NCBI RefSeq assembly: GCF_964355755.1
Contig: NC_092674.1
Span: 2,914,001-2,978,000, forward strand
DNA from: Antedon mediterranea
Lineage: Eukaryota > Animalia > Echinodermata
Reading direction: 5' to 3'
Length of the DNA: 64,000 nt
This document shows positions 37,592 through 51,836 of the stretch, piece after piece. The first letter of the stretch is position 1. Each line of letters begins with the position of its first letter. The position numbers and the translations under genes were made by a program. The notes beneath the pieces were generated by a model, which ran no database searches, had not been told where the DNA came from, and worked only from the letters and a program-made list of their open reading frames with translations.

Positions 37592-39646
37592 TTTCGTGAT
37601 TGTTTGTATAATTTTAAAAAAAACAGCAGATGTGCAGAAAAGAAGTTTGATACAGTGAACTTGGTTTGTTTCACATTCAATCAACCATCATGTTTTGACG
37701 ACAACATTGCAATATGGGATAGTTGATGACGTCATCAGTAGAATATTTTTGATGACATCGTCATTACTGTAAAGAAACAAGAATGACTTTTTTGCAGCTT
37801 AATGTAAAATAAAAGACTTTCTCTTGATCACATTCACAGCATCAAGATATGTCCTCAAACAACAACTTGTAAATAATAAATGTATTTAATTCTACAAATG
37901 CAAAAGAATGAATTTTGTAAAGACTTTGTATATATAAATAATAACGTCTGCAGTTGGTTGTTAGTTTTTGCAAATTGTTTTTCTAGGTTCAATTATATTC
38001 TTAGTATGTAAACATTCTATAGAATTAAGTGCTATTAAAATGCAAAAGACTCCAATGTTATGTATATATAAATATTTTATGATTCTTTTCTCGTGTTTTA
38101 TCGTTTATATGATACTAATACAACAGAATTTATATTGTAATTTGTATTATATACAAATAACATACATTAAAATTTGGAACTTAAGTTACCATATTGAGAA
38201 TAAACTTGTTTTGGATAAACCATGAATTTTTGTATTATTTATTAAATCACACTTGTGAAATACAAGAGCAGCAAATTCAGGATTATGAGTGAATATATAA
38301 AATAACAATTAAAAATAGACACAGATAAAAAACATCAAATAAAATAATTAACTACTTTGCAACAGACAATTACTACACCTTTTCTCTTTTACTGAGTAGA
38401 AGGAAAAACGTTTTATAATTTTCTAGACATTTATATTTATTTATCATTTTAGTTAAACACATATACATTGATAAGAGTGAGTGGATTTTCTTTTTCTAAG
38501 ATGTACAGTATTATTCCAACAAAACGTTTTTGTTGAATTTGCCATTTTAATGTCACCTTATTGTTACTCGCTTTGACCAGAAATTGGATCGAAAACAAAA
38601 TGTATTTAATTCAAATACTGTAATTTAAAGCAAAAAATAGTCAAATTGGCTGCCATTTATTTTGTCCACCAAAGTATGGAATCAGTGAAGCGTGAAATTA
38701 ATCATCCCTTATGTACTTACAGCTCAGTACTTCCTTATTGCATAATTCAATTAGGATCCGAATAAAATTGCCAAGGTTTGAAATTGTTCAAGTTAAAATA
38801 CAATTATTATTGATCGTAAAGTATTATTATTTCAATCGTTTTCCAATTTTATTTAAAAAAAGCCTCCAGAAATGGAGAGAGGGGCCTGCATACATTCACC
38901 ATGGAGGTACCTCCATGCATTCACTTAAAAAAAGCAAAACATTATACAACTGTATGCCATGTTTAATACATTACCAACAAACAGTCTGACCAAGGCAATT
39001 TAGTAACCCTTGACCAAGGCAATTTAGTAACCCTTGACCTGAGACAAAACAATTACTCGGATAGTGTAAGAAGGGAGTTGTAAAATAAGGGTGTAAGTTA
39101 ATATGTTGGAATGGAACACTGCGAAACTACTAGAGTTGCCTCCACTCCAATATGATTGATGTCGTTCCCAAGGCCGTAGCAAGAGAAGAGGCTAAATGCA
39201 ATTAATTATTAATATAATAAAATACGACGTGTGGTGTGTGGTGAAAACTGAACATTTCAGACGAGGCGCGCCTGTAGTCGTCTGCCTCGGTTCCAATAAT
39301 TGAGAACTTCAGATTACAGTTACAGGTCAAGGCTATTTCACCTTGTTGCAGATCAGAGTTTTGCATAAAAGCTCAAAATATTTCCTCAAACAATTCACTC
39401 CGAGTGTCTTAGCATAATATGCATATTATCGTATTTTTAATTCGTGACATGTTTCATAAAATAAGAACCTTTTCTATTTTATCTGTACGTGGATTTAAGT
39501 TTGGTTCCCATAACAACTTGTATTTTTTGTTCCTTGTAATTGTTTTTGACCAATAAACGGACGTTGTAGTGATAAATAAAGTGTTATTATCATATAATCT
39601 TTAGAAAATATCAAGAAAACACAAAAGGGTCGAACTTATTTCTATT

Positions 39647-42295
39647 TTAATTTATGCTAAATGGTATTTTATAGTCAAAAAGTGTAAAATCATATTTGAA
39701 TTTGTAATATAAATCAGCTAACATTGATACCGGTAAAGTGGAAAAGGCTTTAAATATCTTATCGTTATCTGAGCTATACGTAACATGCGATTTGGAAGGT
39801 TCTGGAAAACCTACACTTGTCACATTTGAAAGTGTTAAAATATATTTAGCATCGTTTGACATATCTTCAAAATGTCCTATGATGTCATAGTGGATATTGC
39901 ACGGACGACAGATCTTGTACATGTCGCTCCAATGGAGGTCCGTATACACATTCGAAACTACCAAATTAATAAAGTCAACAAATTCCACTTTTTCGGTTGC
40001 ATTTTCATCATACCGGTGAGCCTTGATTTTGTCTATAATTTTATCAGCCCCTCGTTGGTATTTTCCATCTTTCGTCTTCATTTTGTCAGTAAAGGCTGAT
40101 AAAAGTCGTGTGAACGGGTGTCTAACGAACATAAATTTAGTGTAGGTAGCCAAGATGTGTTTCTGTTTGCTCACTGGGAACGTGTACAGACTAGGTACAT
40201 GTTTCTTCCACGCATCGCTAACCTCTTCTGTGGTAAGATTCATTGCTTGTGTGTAGTTCATATATTCCGATAATACCAACATTATTCGGCACCAACTTGT
40301 ACTTCCGACTTTCGGAGTTTGACAGAATACAAGTTTGTGTTTTTCATTTACTAAGAGTCTTGGTTTTCCTTTCATTTTAGCCAGACGTTTTCCATGACGT
40401 GAACACATTTCGTTGGTATGCTTCGCTCGTTTTGCATGAATTAACGAATATCTCTTCATGAACTCCTCAAAACTTTCTAGTTGTTCTGTTGAATTAGCCT
40501 GATAAAAATAAAATGCTATACGTTCAAATAAATGTTTAACCTTTAACCTTTCCAGTATTTACAGAGCAACGACGTATATACGCGTAACTACATGAGTGAT
40601 TCATAATCGACTCATGATTGGTCAATTTACTTGCGCTGCCCTTATACGACATTGCGTTGGGTACGGACGCGTCCCTCTGATACGTTAAGAAACCAAGCTT
40701 TATATGCAGGCGTAAGTTTTACCCGGGGGTCACCGTAAGTTGGTTTGGTAAAAACCACGTACCGACCCGAGCATAAATACAAGCTTTCATTTCATTTCAT
40801 TTATTTATTTGACCAACAAAACATAATATACAATGTACAAAGATGAAATTGGTCAGGGACTGCTAAAGTAATACGATTACTGTGACTACAAGAGTCAGCA
40901 GTCCCATGAACTAAAATAAATATATAATTTTATAAACAAATAAAGTATAAAGCTGTGAGTATACAGAAAAAAAAAGAACAAATATGATATACAAAAACAT
41001 TAAATTAAAAAGAATAAAAGATAATTAACATGAAGGAAAGAGTCAAAAGATGATAAAAGATGAGGAAAAGATTCAGTAACAGCTAATTGGCGTAATGAGG
41101 AAGGTAACTGAGACCAAAGCTTAGGGAATTCCACTAGGAAGCAACGCATGGACGTAACTTTCGTTGCGTACGTGGGAACCAAGCTGACCTAACATGCGGG
41201 TTGCAATGTTCGTAGGCCTACGGTAATCTGGTTATAGGTCTACGGAGATACAAAAATATAGGATGAATTATCGATTCATAATATGAAACGACAATTATAG
41301 TATGGCTTATTATGTATTAAGTCTGTATATAGTTGAATACAATTAATTATTAGTTTAAAGATGTATTTTCTCCCTGAAAAATTAATTCTTTAATTTTTTT
41401 TTTTTTAATATTTCATTTTAATGTCACCAAATAGTTATCCACTTTGACCAAAAATTGGATAGAAAAAATAAGAATTTACCTAAAAAAATGTAATTTAAAC
41501 CAAAAAATAGTCAAATTGGCTGCCAGTCAATGGGTTTTTGGTTGAATTTAACCATTTGTTTTGTAACTTTATAAGTGAAAACATTAATTTTTCCATTTTT
41601 TCTACAGAAATGATTAACTTTATTAAAGCTACAAATTAATCTATTCAAAGTCTGATTTTATTAATCTTTATTTTTCATGTTGTTGGGGGACAATACATCT
41701 TTAAACTTTAACTTACCACTAAATGAGTGTTGTTACTTAAGTGTACGTGTTTCAGCTTCGTTTTCCTTGTAATCGCCAAATCTATAAAAACAGTAACAAC
41801 TAATTGGTTTATATGATTACTTAGATCATTTGGTGTGTGGTGGTGGTGTATGGCACGCTAAGCTGTCAAAGTTATGAAGCAATAGAGATATCTTATTTAA
41901 ATTGGCTTAAACAGCTTGTCGCGCCATAACGTAATGGCAATTTATGAACGTATGTTTAGTCGCGTGCAAACGCGACTCTACAGCTCACTATGTCGGTCGG
42001 TTGATCGGTTAACACTAATATAACTCAAATTTGAGCGCGCGACTGCAGCCATGTATATGCCTTGTTGCCTCATGGAGTCATGTTTATCATGGAAGAAATA
42101 GGTAAGCGATCGATAGGTAGATCGCGATTTCCGGGATCGATTATTGAATTAGTGTTGTGTTTAAAAAAAAAATATTGATTGTCACGTACCATAAACATCA
42201 GTAATATCCATGAAAAGAAAAATTAACATAAATCCGGCACAGATGAGGACAAACATGAAGATAAACCTTCTCACATTTGAGCCAGACGAAGCCAT
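39647..42295 (-). CDS. Golgi carbohydrate sulfotransferase (CHST8-14 / Sulfotransfer_2 family), about 340 aa
   Basis: Exons 42295-42190 (type II TM anchor RRFIFMFVLICAGFMLIFLF), 41781-41717, 40498-39647; PAPS-binding motifs PKVGSTSW and RHPFTRLLSAF; C-terminal CRPCNIHYDIIG and YDFTLFDY. Confidence 0.9.
40786..41200 (-). mobile_element. L2/CR1-group LINE 3' fragment
   Basis: Minus-strand PKLWSQLPSSLR motif typical of CR1/L2 ORF2 ends; tail aaataaataaatgaaatgaaatgaaa. Confidence 0.7.
41956..42066 (+). mobile_element. Short Helentron-associated (DINE-1/HINE-like) element
   Basis: tttagtcgcg..cgcgact hairpin, (gtcg)n microsatellite, 3' cgcgact..gccttgtt; same family as 56455-57179. Confidence 0.6.
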
Positions 42296-43392
42296 TCTGA
42301 GCCGTAGTCAATCAGCAATCCGATTCCCCTGTTCATCGATTCTACAAATATATATTAAGTTGAATCAAAACAGCATGTTAAATCTTCTATCCCATGACAC
42401 AATTGTAATGATTGGATCATTGGAATTACAAAAATTAAAATGTATAGCTTATAATTGACCAATCACAATCGCGACGGCTTTCATTTGAGATTGTTAAGCG
42501 GGTATGTTCACTGTACAGTTAAAAACAACATAAAACATGTATTTAAAGGTTCAGTCGCAAGAAGTGTAGGTATGTGTGCCAGAAGCCGTCGGAAGTTATA
42601 CAGCTGCACTTTAAAAGGCTCTCTACAGATAGTCTAGGAAATGAACTAAACACATTATGCGGCCCCATCACCATTTAAAGATCCCCTCCCACTAAATTAA
42701 AGCTCAGGTACAGGTTAATTGTACATAAATAAGATATTTGTAATAGAAATCAAGACGAAAAACATGAATTTCCCTTAAAATGGTAAAATACAAAATTTAG
42801 CAAAATTCTGAAAACCTTTTTTCAGTAGTTAGGTAGTTTAACCTAATTTCCATGTCTGGTGACAGCCTATAAGGTGAAAAAAGATGGTGGATATACGGTG
42901 GATAATTTTTGCTAATAGCATATGAAAATAAAACACTGCAGTTGAATAAAACTAGAAGGTAAAATTGAAGTTATATACCTATATTTAGTCACCTGATAAC
43001 ATTTTTTACCACACCGTTTATTTTTCATAGTTTTTTAAACATGCCTCTCTATTTACAACATTTGTGTACGAAGGAATAGAGATTTATTTATTTTCAACAA
43101 GCTCGTGTAACACAAATAGAATCCCAAAAATTATGAAACATAGTGGAAACAATAGATCGATAATTATTGGAATGTATGATAAATAGAAATGTTTTGCCCG
43201 CACCTAGCCTTTAAGACACTCTGGGTGGAATTCGGATTGCCGTAGTAATACTTCTTGTTAAATGAGCAGTGGTACAATTACAAGTTACAATGTACCTGTT
43301 AAGAAATTCAAACGAATTAAACGCGCGGCGGCGACCAATGGTTCAAAAGAAGAACGCGACGTCCGACGGCCAATAATGATCAACACGCGATA

Positions 43393-46300
43393 TAGTGTAG
43401 GCCACTATGTAATTTCGTGTCATTTTTTTGTTAAAAGCAAAATTCCAGCTCATTTAGTGTCTTTAGGATGTAAAGTAATGAAAAAAATATGTTGCCATTT
43501 TTTTTAAAAAGCTTAACGATGTCAAATCCAAGATGGCCGCCAATACGTAAAATATCCAATAATTGTACCATATTGGACAAAGTAACACCCATTATGAAAA
43601 ATATTTTAAGTTCATATGGGTTCTCTTCTATATAAGAATTATTATAAACCTATATTCATTACTATTCTGACATTTTGAATTTCAAAATGGCCGCCATTTT
43701 TTTAAAATAGATTAAATTTCTTATTAAAACATGTGCAAGTTATGACGTTGATTGAAATCACATAAAATGATAGGCCTATGACAACAACATTGGTGATTAA
43801 CACAAAATGGCGGCCATTTTGAATTTTAAAATGGCCGCCATTTTTAAAAAATGGGTTAAATTTCTTATTAAAACTTGTATAAGTTAAATAAAATTAGATT
43901 GAAATATACAAAATGATATGCTTATGACAACAACATGGTGATTAACACAAAATGTTGACCATCAGGAGGTCTACAGTACTGACAGAACACTTCTTCATAT
44001 TAAAACATCTCATAAACTTCTTCAGTTAAATTACAACTAACTCTGCCAAAGTCCTTCAATGAAATATTTCTAATCTTGAATGCGATACAGTAAGTTGACC
44101 TTCCTTCGTTCTCTACTACTGTATCCATCGAACTTCCACAGACTGATCTGCATTCCCAACAACCTTGTTCAGAAACAAATTGGCAAAATAACTGAAATAC
44201 CTCATTTCACCGGCAAATAATCTCTATAGGAGTCTTCTTTTACTTTGATAAGTTTGTCACCTGTATTCACCGTCATATATATTTTTTGCCAATATTTTTC
44301 TTTTTCTTAGGATTCCATATAGACAGTTTTCCTTCTACAAGACTTTTACCAATGCCTCAAACATTTTCTGTCCAATTTCATCATGCCATGGCCAACAAAC
44401 AGCTTTGTGCGAATTGCAGCATTCTTCATTAATCGGGATATCATCTCTCTTTAAATGTTAACTAGATTTGACAGCTCTGGTGAAATCATTAATTTGTGTT
44501 AATCCAATGATACCACGCTCAATGACCCTGATCAATTGATGTAAATCCAACAAGTCCCACACATACATGCCCTCTCATATACATATATAGGGATATAGTT
44601 TAACCACATCATTTAGATTTTGTCGACTCTCTGTATTCAAGTTAATATCTTTATGATCAGCCTCTTTCAAACAAACTGATACTTAACTTAGAATCTCTTT
44701 CTCTGTCTGCATTTGTAGAAGCAAGTTGTAGAGAGAAAGCAGAATTAGTGTGCTTTTGTCCTTTAGAGATGTTTTCCATTTAAGATATTTGTGTCACTGG
44801 TTGTATAGGTAATACAAGTTCACAAAAGCACTTGCCTCAACACTATTTTCACAATGCTACATGTCCAAAAGCCATATAGTTCACCGGGTCGACATAATAA
44901 TTGCTTTTTGATGTCATCTCTGTCCACCTCCACTCATCTCGGGCAAGAGTCATCACCAGGGATTCTTGTCTTTCCCTAGTACATGAGTTTTTATACCACA
45001 ACCATGTGCACTCATCAAACCAGTGTATAATGCTGGTCTGTCTGTAGGGGGTTCATATCTAATGAAATTGGTTGAGATTGTAGAAGATGAGAAGTAGGAG
45101 TTCATTCATTTACAAGGTTTTTTATAGGCAGAGCTGTATCTGTATTTTCTTCAAGCTTCTGCCAAAAGTTGACAGGTTGAAAACTTACCAACCATACTGG
45201 TGACTATGGCCCTGAAGGTTCAGACATTGAATTGCATAGCAATAACGCATTATTATTTACCATATTTATACAGGATTTCACAATAAGGTATAAATGCACT
45301 AGTTTTATATTGTGGTCCTGTCTCCTGTCAAGTTTCAGTTTCATGAAAAGAAATGAGATCTGTAATTTAGAATCTATATATAAATTATGGTTAATTCTGA
45401 CATAGGCGAGCACAATGGAAAAACTTAATTTCTGCCTTGGATACCTACCTGAACTATCTCAGGTGTACCGCAAAATGTAAAACAGTTTTCACTATTACGA
45501 TATTGTTCCATATTTCTATCTTAGGAATATATTATAAAGAGTTTTAAAACAAAATTTCTGATTCGGTAGATTTTCAACTCAATTTCAATTGTACGCAGTC
45601 AAAGTAATTTCCGAGTTCATGATGAGTTCACAGGTTCACCTTGCAACTACCTGGTTTCCGTTAAGGTGGTCGTTAGTGGCTATAGCTATTTTAGTTTTTT
45701 GTTTATTTTCGGATTGGACCGCGCGTGTGAAGGTACAGTAGTTAAAAAATAAAATCCCGATAGCCGAGTTTTATTGAGTAAGCTGGCAGGAATAACTGTA
45801 GGCTATCTGTGTCCCATTAGGGCCCATATTGCAAGCAGTCTAAAACATCTTCCTTCTTGGGCCGAAACGGCCTACACTGTCGCGGAAGTTAGTTTCAAAA
45901 GATGTTTAAATTAAATAATGTATTATGATGGTATTTATTTGAATAAACGCCTCCCCAATAAAACATCACTTTGAATAATAATCGCCTACACCCACCCCAC
46001 CCCCTACCTATCTAATAAACGCCCATCCACATTAATTATACACACAATATTGTATATACTATTTATAATAAAATTCATTACACTGTTAACTATAATTTAC
46101 CAAGCATTTGTTATAATTTTTTACCACTTTTCATATCTATTAAAGGATTTTATTTGATTATAAATGTTACGATATTATTAAAACTAAAAAATCCCTCGAA
46201 TAAGCATCTCCCTCAAATGAACTCTGCCTCCCCACCTCCGCCTTATAAAACAATAAACACTATACTTTAAAATGTTATTAATCATCTAAGACACTGTGAA

Positions 46301-47045
46301 ACAGAGTAGGTTTAGTTTTTCGAATGTCAAGCATTTTCAATAATGGTAACCGACAGAAAACGTACAAGGAGAACGTCCTTCTAACATCCTTTTTACCCGA
46401 GTCATTATCATTCCGAGAACCATCGTTTACATTTCCTAGAGGGGAGCGAGCAAACTAGAGATCTAACCCTCTAGTTAGACGTAATTGTTGTTGAATATTT
46501 GATATAAATTGTTAAGTTGTTCCATACTTTTGCAACTCCAACTTTGAACGATTATTTAATTTAATAGTCATAGTCATATTATCTGTTATATAGAGGACAT
46601 TGACAACTTTAGCCTTATATTTACAATTTACAATCCTGTGAGAAGTGACAATTTTAGAACATTGTGTACAAACAACAATTTATGCACACATATTTAAAAA
46701 AAATTATTTAAAGAATTTAATTTTTAGTGGCGGCCATTTTGAAAACCAAGATGGCTGACAGATTATCGCTTTACATAGTTAGGATTGTATAATGGGTACA
46801 GTAATACCATCAAAACGGACTTGTTCCACATTCATAATTTGTATTATTGGTGATATTCTGATTTTCAATAGGGTTATTTGAATGTTGGCGGCCATCTTGA
46901 ATTTGGTCCTTTAAATGTCTTTTGAAAAAATGGCAACATATTTTTTTTCATTCCTTATATTATCAAGATATGAAATAAAGTCAAAGTTTGCTTTTAACAA
47001 AAAATATACACGACATTCATATAAACGACATACCAGCCTACACTA
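43393..47045 (-). mobile_element. Decayed Academ-like DNA transposon (3.65 kb)
   Basis: Termini tagtgtaggc / gcctacacta, ATA duplication on both sides, long imperfect TIRs with repeated aagatggccgcc; disrupted minus-strand peptides RPGELY, FTSIDQGH, GIIGLTQ resembling Academ transposase. Confidence 0.65.
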
Positions 47046-49204
47046 ATAGTTAATTTCCTTGTTATGCAGTATTAATTAAAACGAATTACCTGAATACGCA
47101 TTTACTCCTGTTGTGGACTGTATACCAAGTATATACTAGAGTCATGACAAGACAACATTCCTAAGAACCCAAAGCTATTATGACCTTATAGGTTATTACC
47201 ATGGAAACCTGCCCTCTCTCTCTTAGAAGATATGATAATTAGCTAAAGAAACCACACTTTACCTTATTACTGCAGCGGTGGCGCCAGGATCTTTCCGACG
47301 CGGGGGATAAATTCCCGACGGATAAATTCCCCGACGGAGGGGCTATACGAGCGAAGCCAGCCTCGCTAGGCTGGGGGAAAGGGGTCGCCAATGGCCCCCG
47401 GTGGGGTCCAGGGGCGACGCCCCCGGAAGCAACGCGTTATAGCGTAATTTGAGGCCGTTTTAATTAGATTTAGGGTAGCCAACTTTTTCCATTTTGTAGG
47501 CCTATGGTATATAGATAAAATACTGTGCGAAAAACACATTGCACGAGATCCGATGCGATGACTGAAATCCACTCTTTCAATTTTAAAAATGATGTTCAAT
47601 ATGCCTATATCATAGAAAATATACGCGAACGTAAAAAAAATTTCCCACGGGCCAAGAGGTATATCGTTATAATCGCAGGCAGGTTGCTGTCTGGTGGGGG
47701 TGCGAAAATTGTAAATGCGCGAGACTAACACCCATGGGCTGATCTGTAGAACATTTTGAAAAATAGAGCTGCTAGGTCCCCGGAAATTATACATTGATAT
47801 ATGAAAAGAAATTACAAGTCTACCAGAGAACCAGCCCACCGAGGTTGAGATAGAGCTAAGAACATTCAAGTTTGTTATGCCCGGAAATCGGAATATAGTG
47901 TTTCGAAAAAAAAGAAACAAACTATATATACGTCTCGAGGACCAGCTACCATTAGGGTTGAGCTGCTAAGAAAATTGTGAAAAATAGAACTGCTAGGTAC
48001 CTGGAAATTGCACTTATATAGGCCCATATTAATAAATGAAACGAAATTATAAGTCTACAGGACCAGCCCGCCATAGATGGTTGGGTGGAGCTAAGAAAAT
48101 TTTGAAAAATAGAGCTGCTAGATCCCTGCAAAACATTGAAATATGGAACGAAATTATAGGTCTACAGGACCAGCCCACCATGGTTGGGGTGGAGCTAAGA
48201 ACATTTTGAAAAATAGAGTTGCTAGGTCCCGGAAATTTAACTTATTATACTTCGAAGCATAAAACAAAATAGATCGGTACGTCTCCATGGATACGGAAAA
48301 AAATTTGGAAAAAAGAGAGCTCTATGTTCCCAGACAATGCACTAACTGTATATTGTACATCAAAATATCAAACGAAATGTATAAGTATCCATGACCAGCT
48401 CTATAATTGGGGACGGTCTAAAGACAATTTTTGAAAACTAGAGCTGCAGGTCTTCAAAAACTACACTTATGACTTAAACAAATTCAGGCCTAAAGGCTTA
48501 AAAAAGTGACCATTTTTACCTTTTATTTGGAGGGGAATGCGTCCGCAAGCGTAGAACATTTTCATTCGGGGAAAATCAGTTTATTTCCCAGATGTGGAAT
48601 CTGGAATTTCGATGTATGATGTCGAGCAGTTCATGACATACAGGACATTGGAGGAAATGTAATAACTTAGCTATAGGCCTAATAAGATGTTGGAAAAATG
48701 TTTGTTTAGTGATGTAGGCAAGCCTACAGTGAAACGTCTATTTTAGGTACCCCACGGTAGGCCTACAGGGTTAATCGTAAACAAAACAAAAAAACGACAG
48801 ATCGCGAACATAATTCGTAACCTTTTGCTGTATAGCGTACGTCGATACACAGTACACAACGTAACCTTCAGTAAAGTTCGCCTGGAAACTACAGTACACA
48901 TTCTGGTCCCTGGATGGAACATGATACCACGCGTAAACCGCAATGGGCCGGGTTCAATGTTAAACGATTCGTACAAAGGGACACCGCCAGACAAGTGCGT
49001 ACCTATTGTTTATTAGATTGTCGGCCGCAATTTGGCGCGCCAATCTGACGTGGCTTGAAACTATTTTTTCTTTTGGTTTACGGATGGAGTAACCGATATT
49101 GAACAAATATACCAAGTTTGAAATATTTTTAAATTCCAGAAGTATTTTTTCTCGATGTTTTTGTATGTGACTATTTCCCTGTGCTCCCATTGATGCCAAA
49201 TTGG

Positions 49205-50290
49205 GTCCACTTGAGCACAGTGTATTGAAATACGAAAAGATATTATAATTTAGTGACTTTTTTCTATAGTATATCACTTTGTGCTCACTGGCGCGCGCGC
49301 CAAATTGGGTCCACGTGAGCACAGTGTATTAACATACGAAAAGATATTAAAATTCAGTGACTTATTTCTATTTTATATCACTGTGCTCCACTGGCGCCAA
49401 ATTAGGTCCACTTGAGCACAGTGTATTAACATACGAAAATATATTAACATTCAGTAACTTATTTCTATTTTATATAACTGTGCTCCACTGGCTCCAAATT
49501 GGGTTGAGCACAGTGTATTAACATACGAAAAGATATTAAAATTCAGTGACTTATTTCTATTTTATATCAATGTGCTCCACTGGCTCCAAATTGGGTTCAC
49601 TTGAGCACAGTGTATTAACATACGAAAAGATATTAAAATTCAGTGACTTTTTTCTATTTTATATCACTGTGCTCCACTGGCTCCAAATTGGGTCCACTTG
49701 AGCAAAGTGTATTAACATACGAAAAGATATTAAAATTCAGTGACTTTTTTCTATTTTATATCACTGTGCTCCCCTGGCTCCAAATTGGGTCCACTTGAGC
49801 ACAGTGTATTAACATACGAAAAGATATTCAAATTCAGTGGCTTTTTTCTATTTTATATCACTGTGCTCCCCTGCCTCCAAATTGGGTCCACTTGAGCACA
49901 GTGTATTAACATACGAAAAGATACTAAAAAATCATTGACTTATTTCTATTTTATATCAATGTGCTCTCCTGGCTCCAAATTGGGTCCACTTGAGCACAGT
50001 GTATTAACATACGAAAAGATATTAAAATTCAGTGATTTATTTTTATTTTATATCATTGTGCTCCCATGGCTCCAAATTGGGTCCACTTGAGCACAGTGTT
50101 ATTAACATACGAAAAGATATTAAAATTCAGTGACTTATTTCTATTTCATATCACTGTGCTCCTCACTGGCGCCAAATTGTGTCCACTTGAGCACAGTGTA
50201 TTTAAATTACATACGAAAAGATATTAAAATTAGTGACTTATTTCTATTTTATATCACTGTGCTCCACCGGTGCTAAATTTGGTCCATTGG
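49205..50290. repeat. 97-bp tandem array, about 11 copies, each with an internal inverted repeat
   Basis: Unit gagcacagtgtattaacatacgaaaagatattaaaattcagtgacttatttctattttatatcactgtgctccactggc(g/t)ccaaattgggtccactt. Confidence 0.92.
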
Positions 50291-51836
50291 AGCAGGGAAG
50301 AGTTAATTTAACTCTTCCCTGATTGGAGCAGTTACTGTAGTACTATTTCTAATTCGGAAGTAAATAAAGGCATAAATGGCGCTCCGTAGAAGTAGAGAAT
50401 GCTCGATCGTCGAAATGACGCTCTGAATATACCTCCAATAACATTCGACCGAGTGGAGGCGCTGTATCGTCCAAAGAAATGTCAAATTTATAATCGCTTC
50501 AATCAACATTGTCTCAAAGCGCTTGAATAAAGAACAAAAAAGAGACTTTTTGACAGAAGGTGCATTTTGAATTGGATTAGGAAGATTGTTCCTCAGTTTA
50601 GAAGCTGCAGCAGTCCGTTGAAAAGTTAAAGATGTAGGCCTTTGTCTCCCAAAAACAAGAAAATGGAGATACTGTATATAAATAAGAGAAATAAGTCCCT
50701 ACTAGGAACTTCCTTCCTAACGCTGTGTGATTCGGCAAATAACTTGTGTTACGTTCTAGTGGGAACCAATCATAAGAGTTCAAGAATTAAGTTTACAGCA
50801 ATTCCAATTCTACAATTTTATTCAGCTATTAATAGCCATAGATTTATTATACAAATTTCAAATCTATGATATAAAAAAATATATTTAGAGGATAGATATT
50901 AAAACCTTTTCCGACTCTTGGATGGGCTTATTTTAAAATACTTAAAGGGGGTAGCGGCAGCTACTTTTCGAAATGAATGCTGTATTTTTAAAAATTTCTA
51001 TACGATTTTTTTTTTCGACAATAATAATTCCCTGCCATTTTTACATATTTTTCAATGATGATGACCCGAAAATATATTAAGATTCAATCAATGTGCCACT
51101 AGGAATAAACTGTATAATAAATATATGAGGCTTGATTTTTTAGTTAATTGAGGGTTGTAAGATTATTAATATACAGTATTGATATATATGATCAACAGGA
51201 TCATATATATTTCTATTTCTTTCATTTCTTGAAAAGAAGTCAGTTCTTTTCGAGATTACATTTACAAAACACAAAGAGCTTCATCTCAAAGTTTTGCAAT
51301 AATTTAAAAGCATGTACAAGAAGTAACCCCTGATGTTTATATTAACAGTAGAGGTGGCAGCAGTAGAAAGTGATATAGTATAATAATAGGCATTCATACA
51401 GTAGAACTTTCTGTAACTCATTAATTTAAATATCATATAAAAAATATGTGTTTTTACTTAAAAAAAAAAAACAAATTTAAAGTTAAAATTTTCAAAATAT
51501 TAAGTTATAAAACAGTTCAGTGGTTTTGACTCTCGACACGCAGATTTTATGACTGCTATACTGCAGAAACTGAACAAATAAAGTTGAGAATATCTTGTAA
51601 TCTGTAGTGTAATAACTGCAGTGGATTGGACTGTACCATTATTTGAGGTGGTATTATTTCTGGATCAGTACAATGACCAGAGGTTTATTCAATCTGGACT
51701 GTACCATTATTTTTGGTGGACTTATTTCATTAGTCTGGTAATGATGAGCAGAGTTTTAAAATTAATCAGCACTGGACTGTCCATTTTTTGTAGATGTATG
51801 CCATGCCTACGCACAAATATTTCTGCACAAGGATGT

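Noticed and set aside
47366-47920. 184-aa minus-strand ORF
   Set aside because: Lies within dispersed repeat sequence; no recognisable domain.
49205-50290. CRISPR-like appearance of regularly spaced palindromic repeats
   Set aside because: No unique spacers, no cas genes, eukaryotic context.
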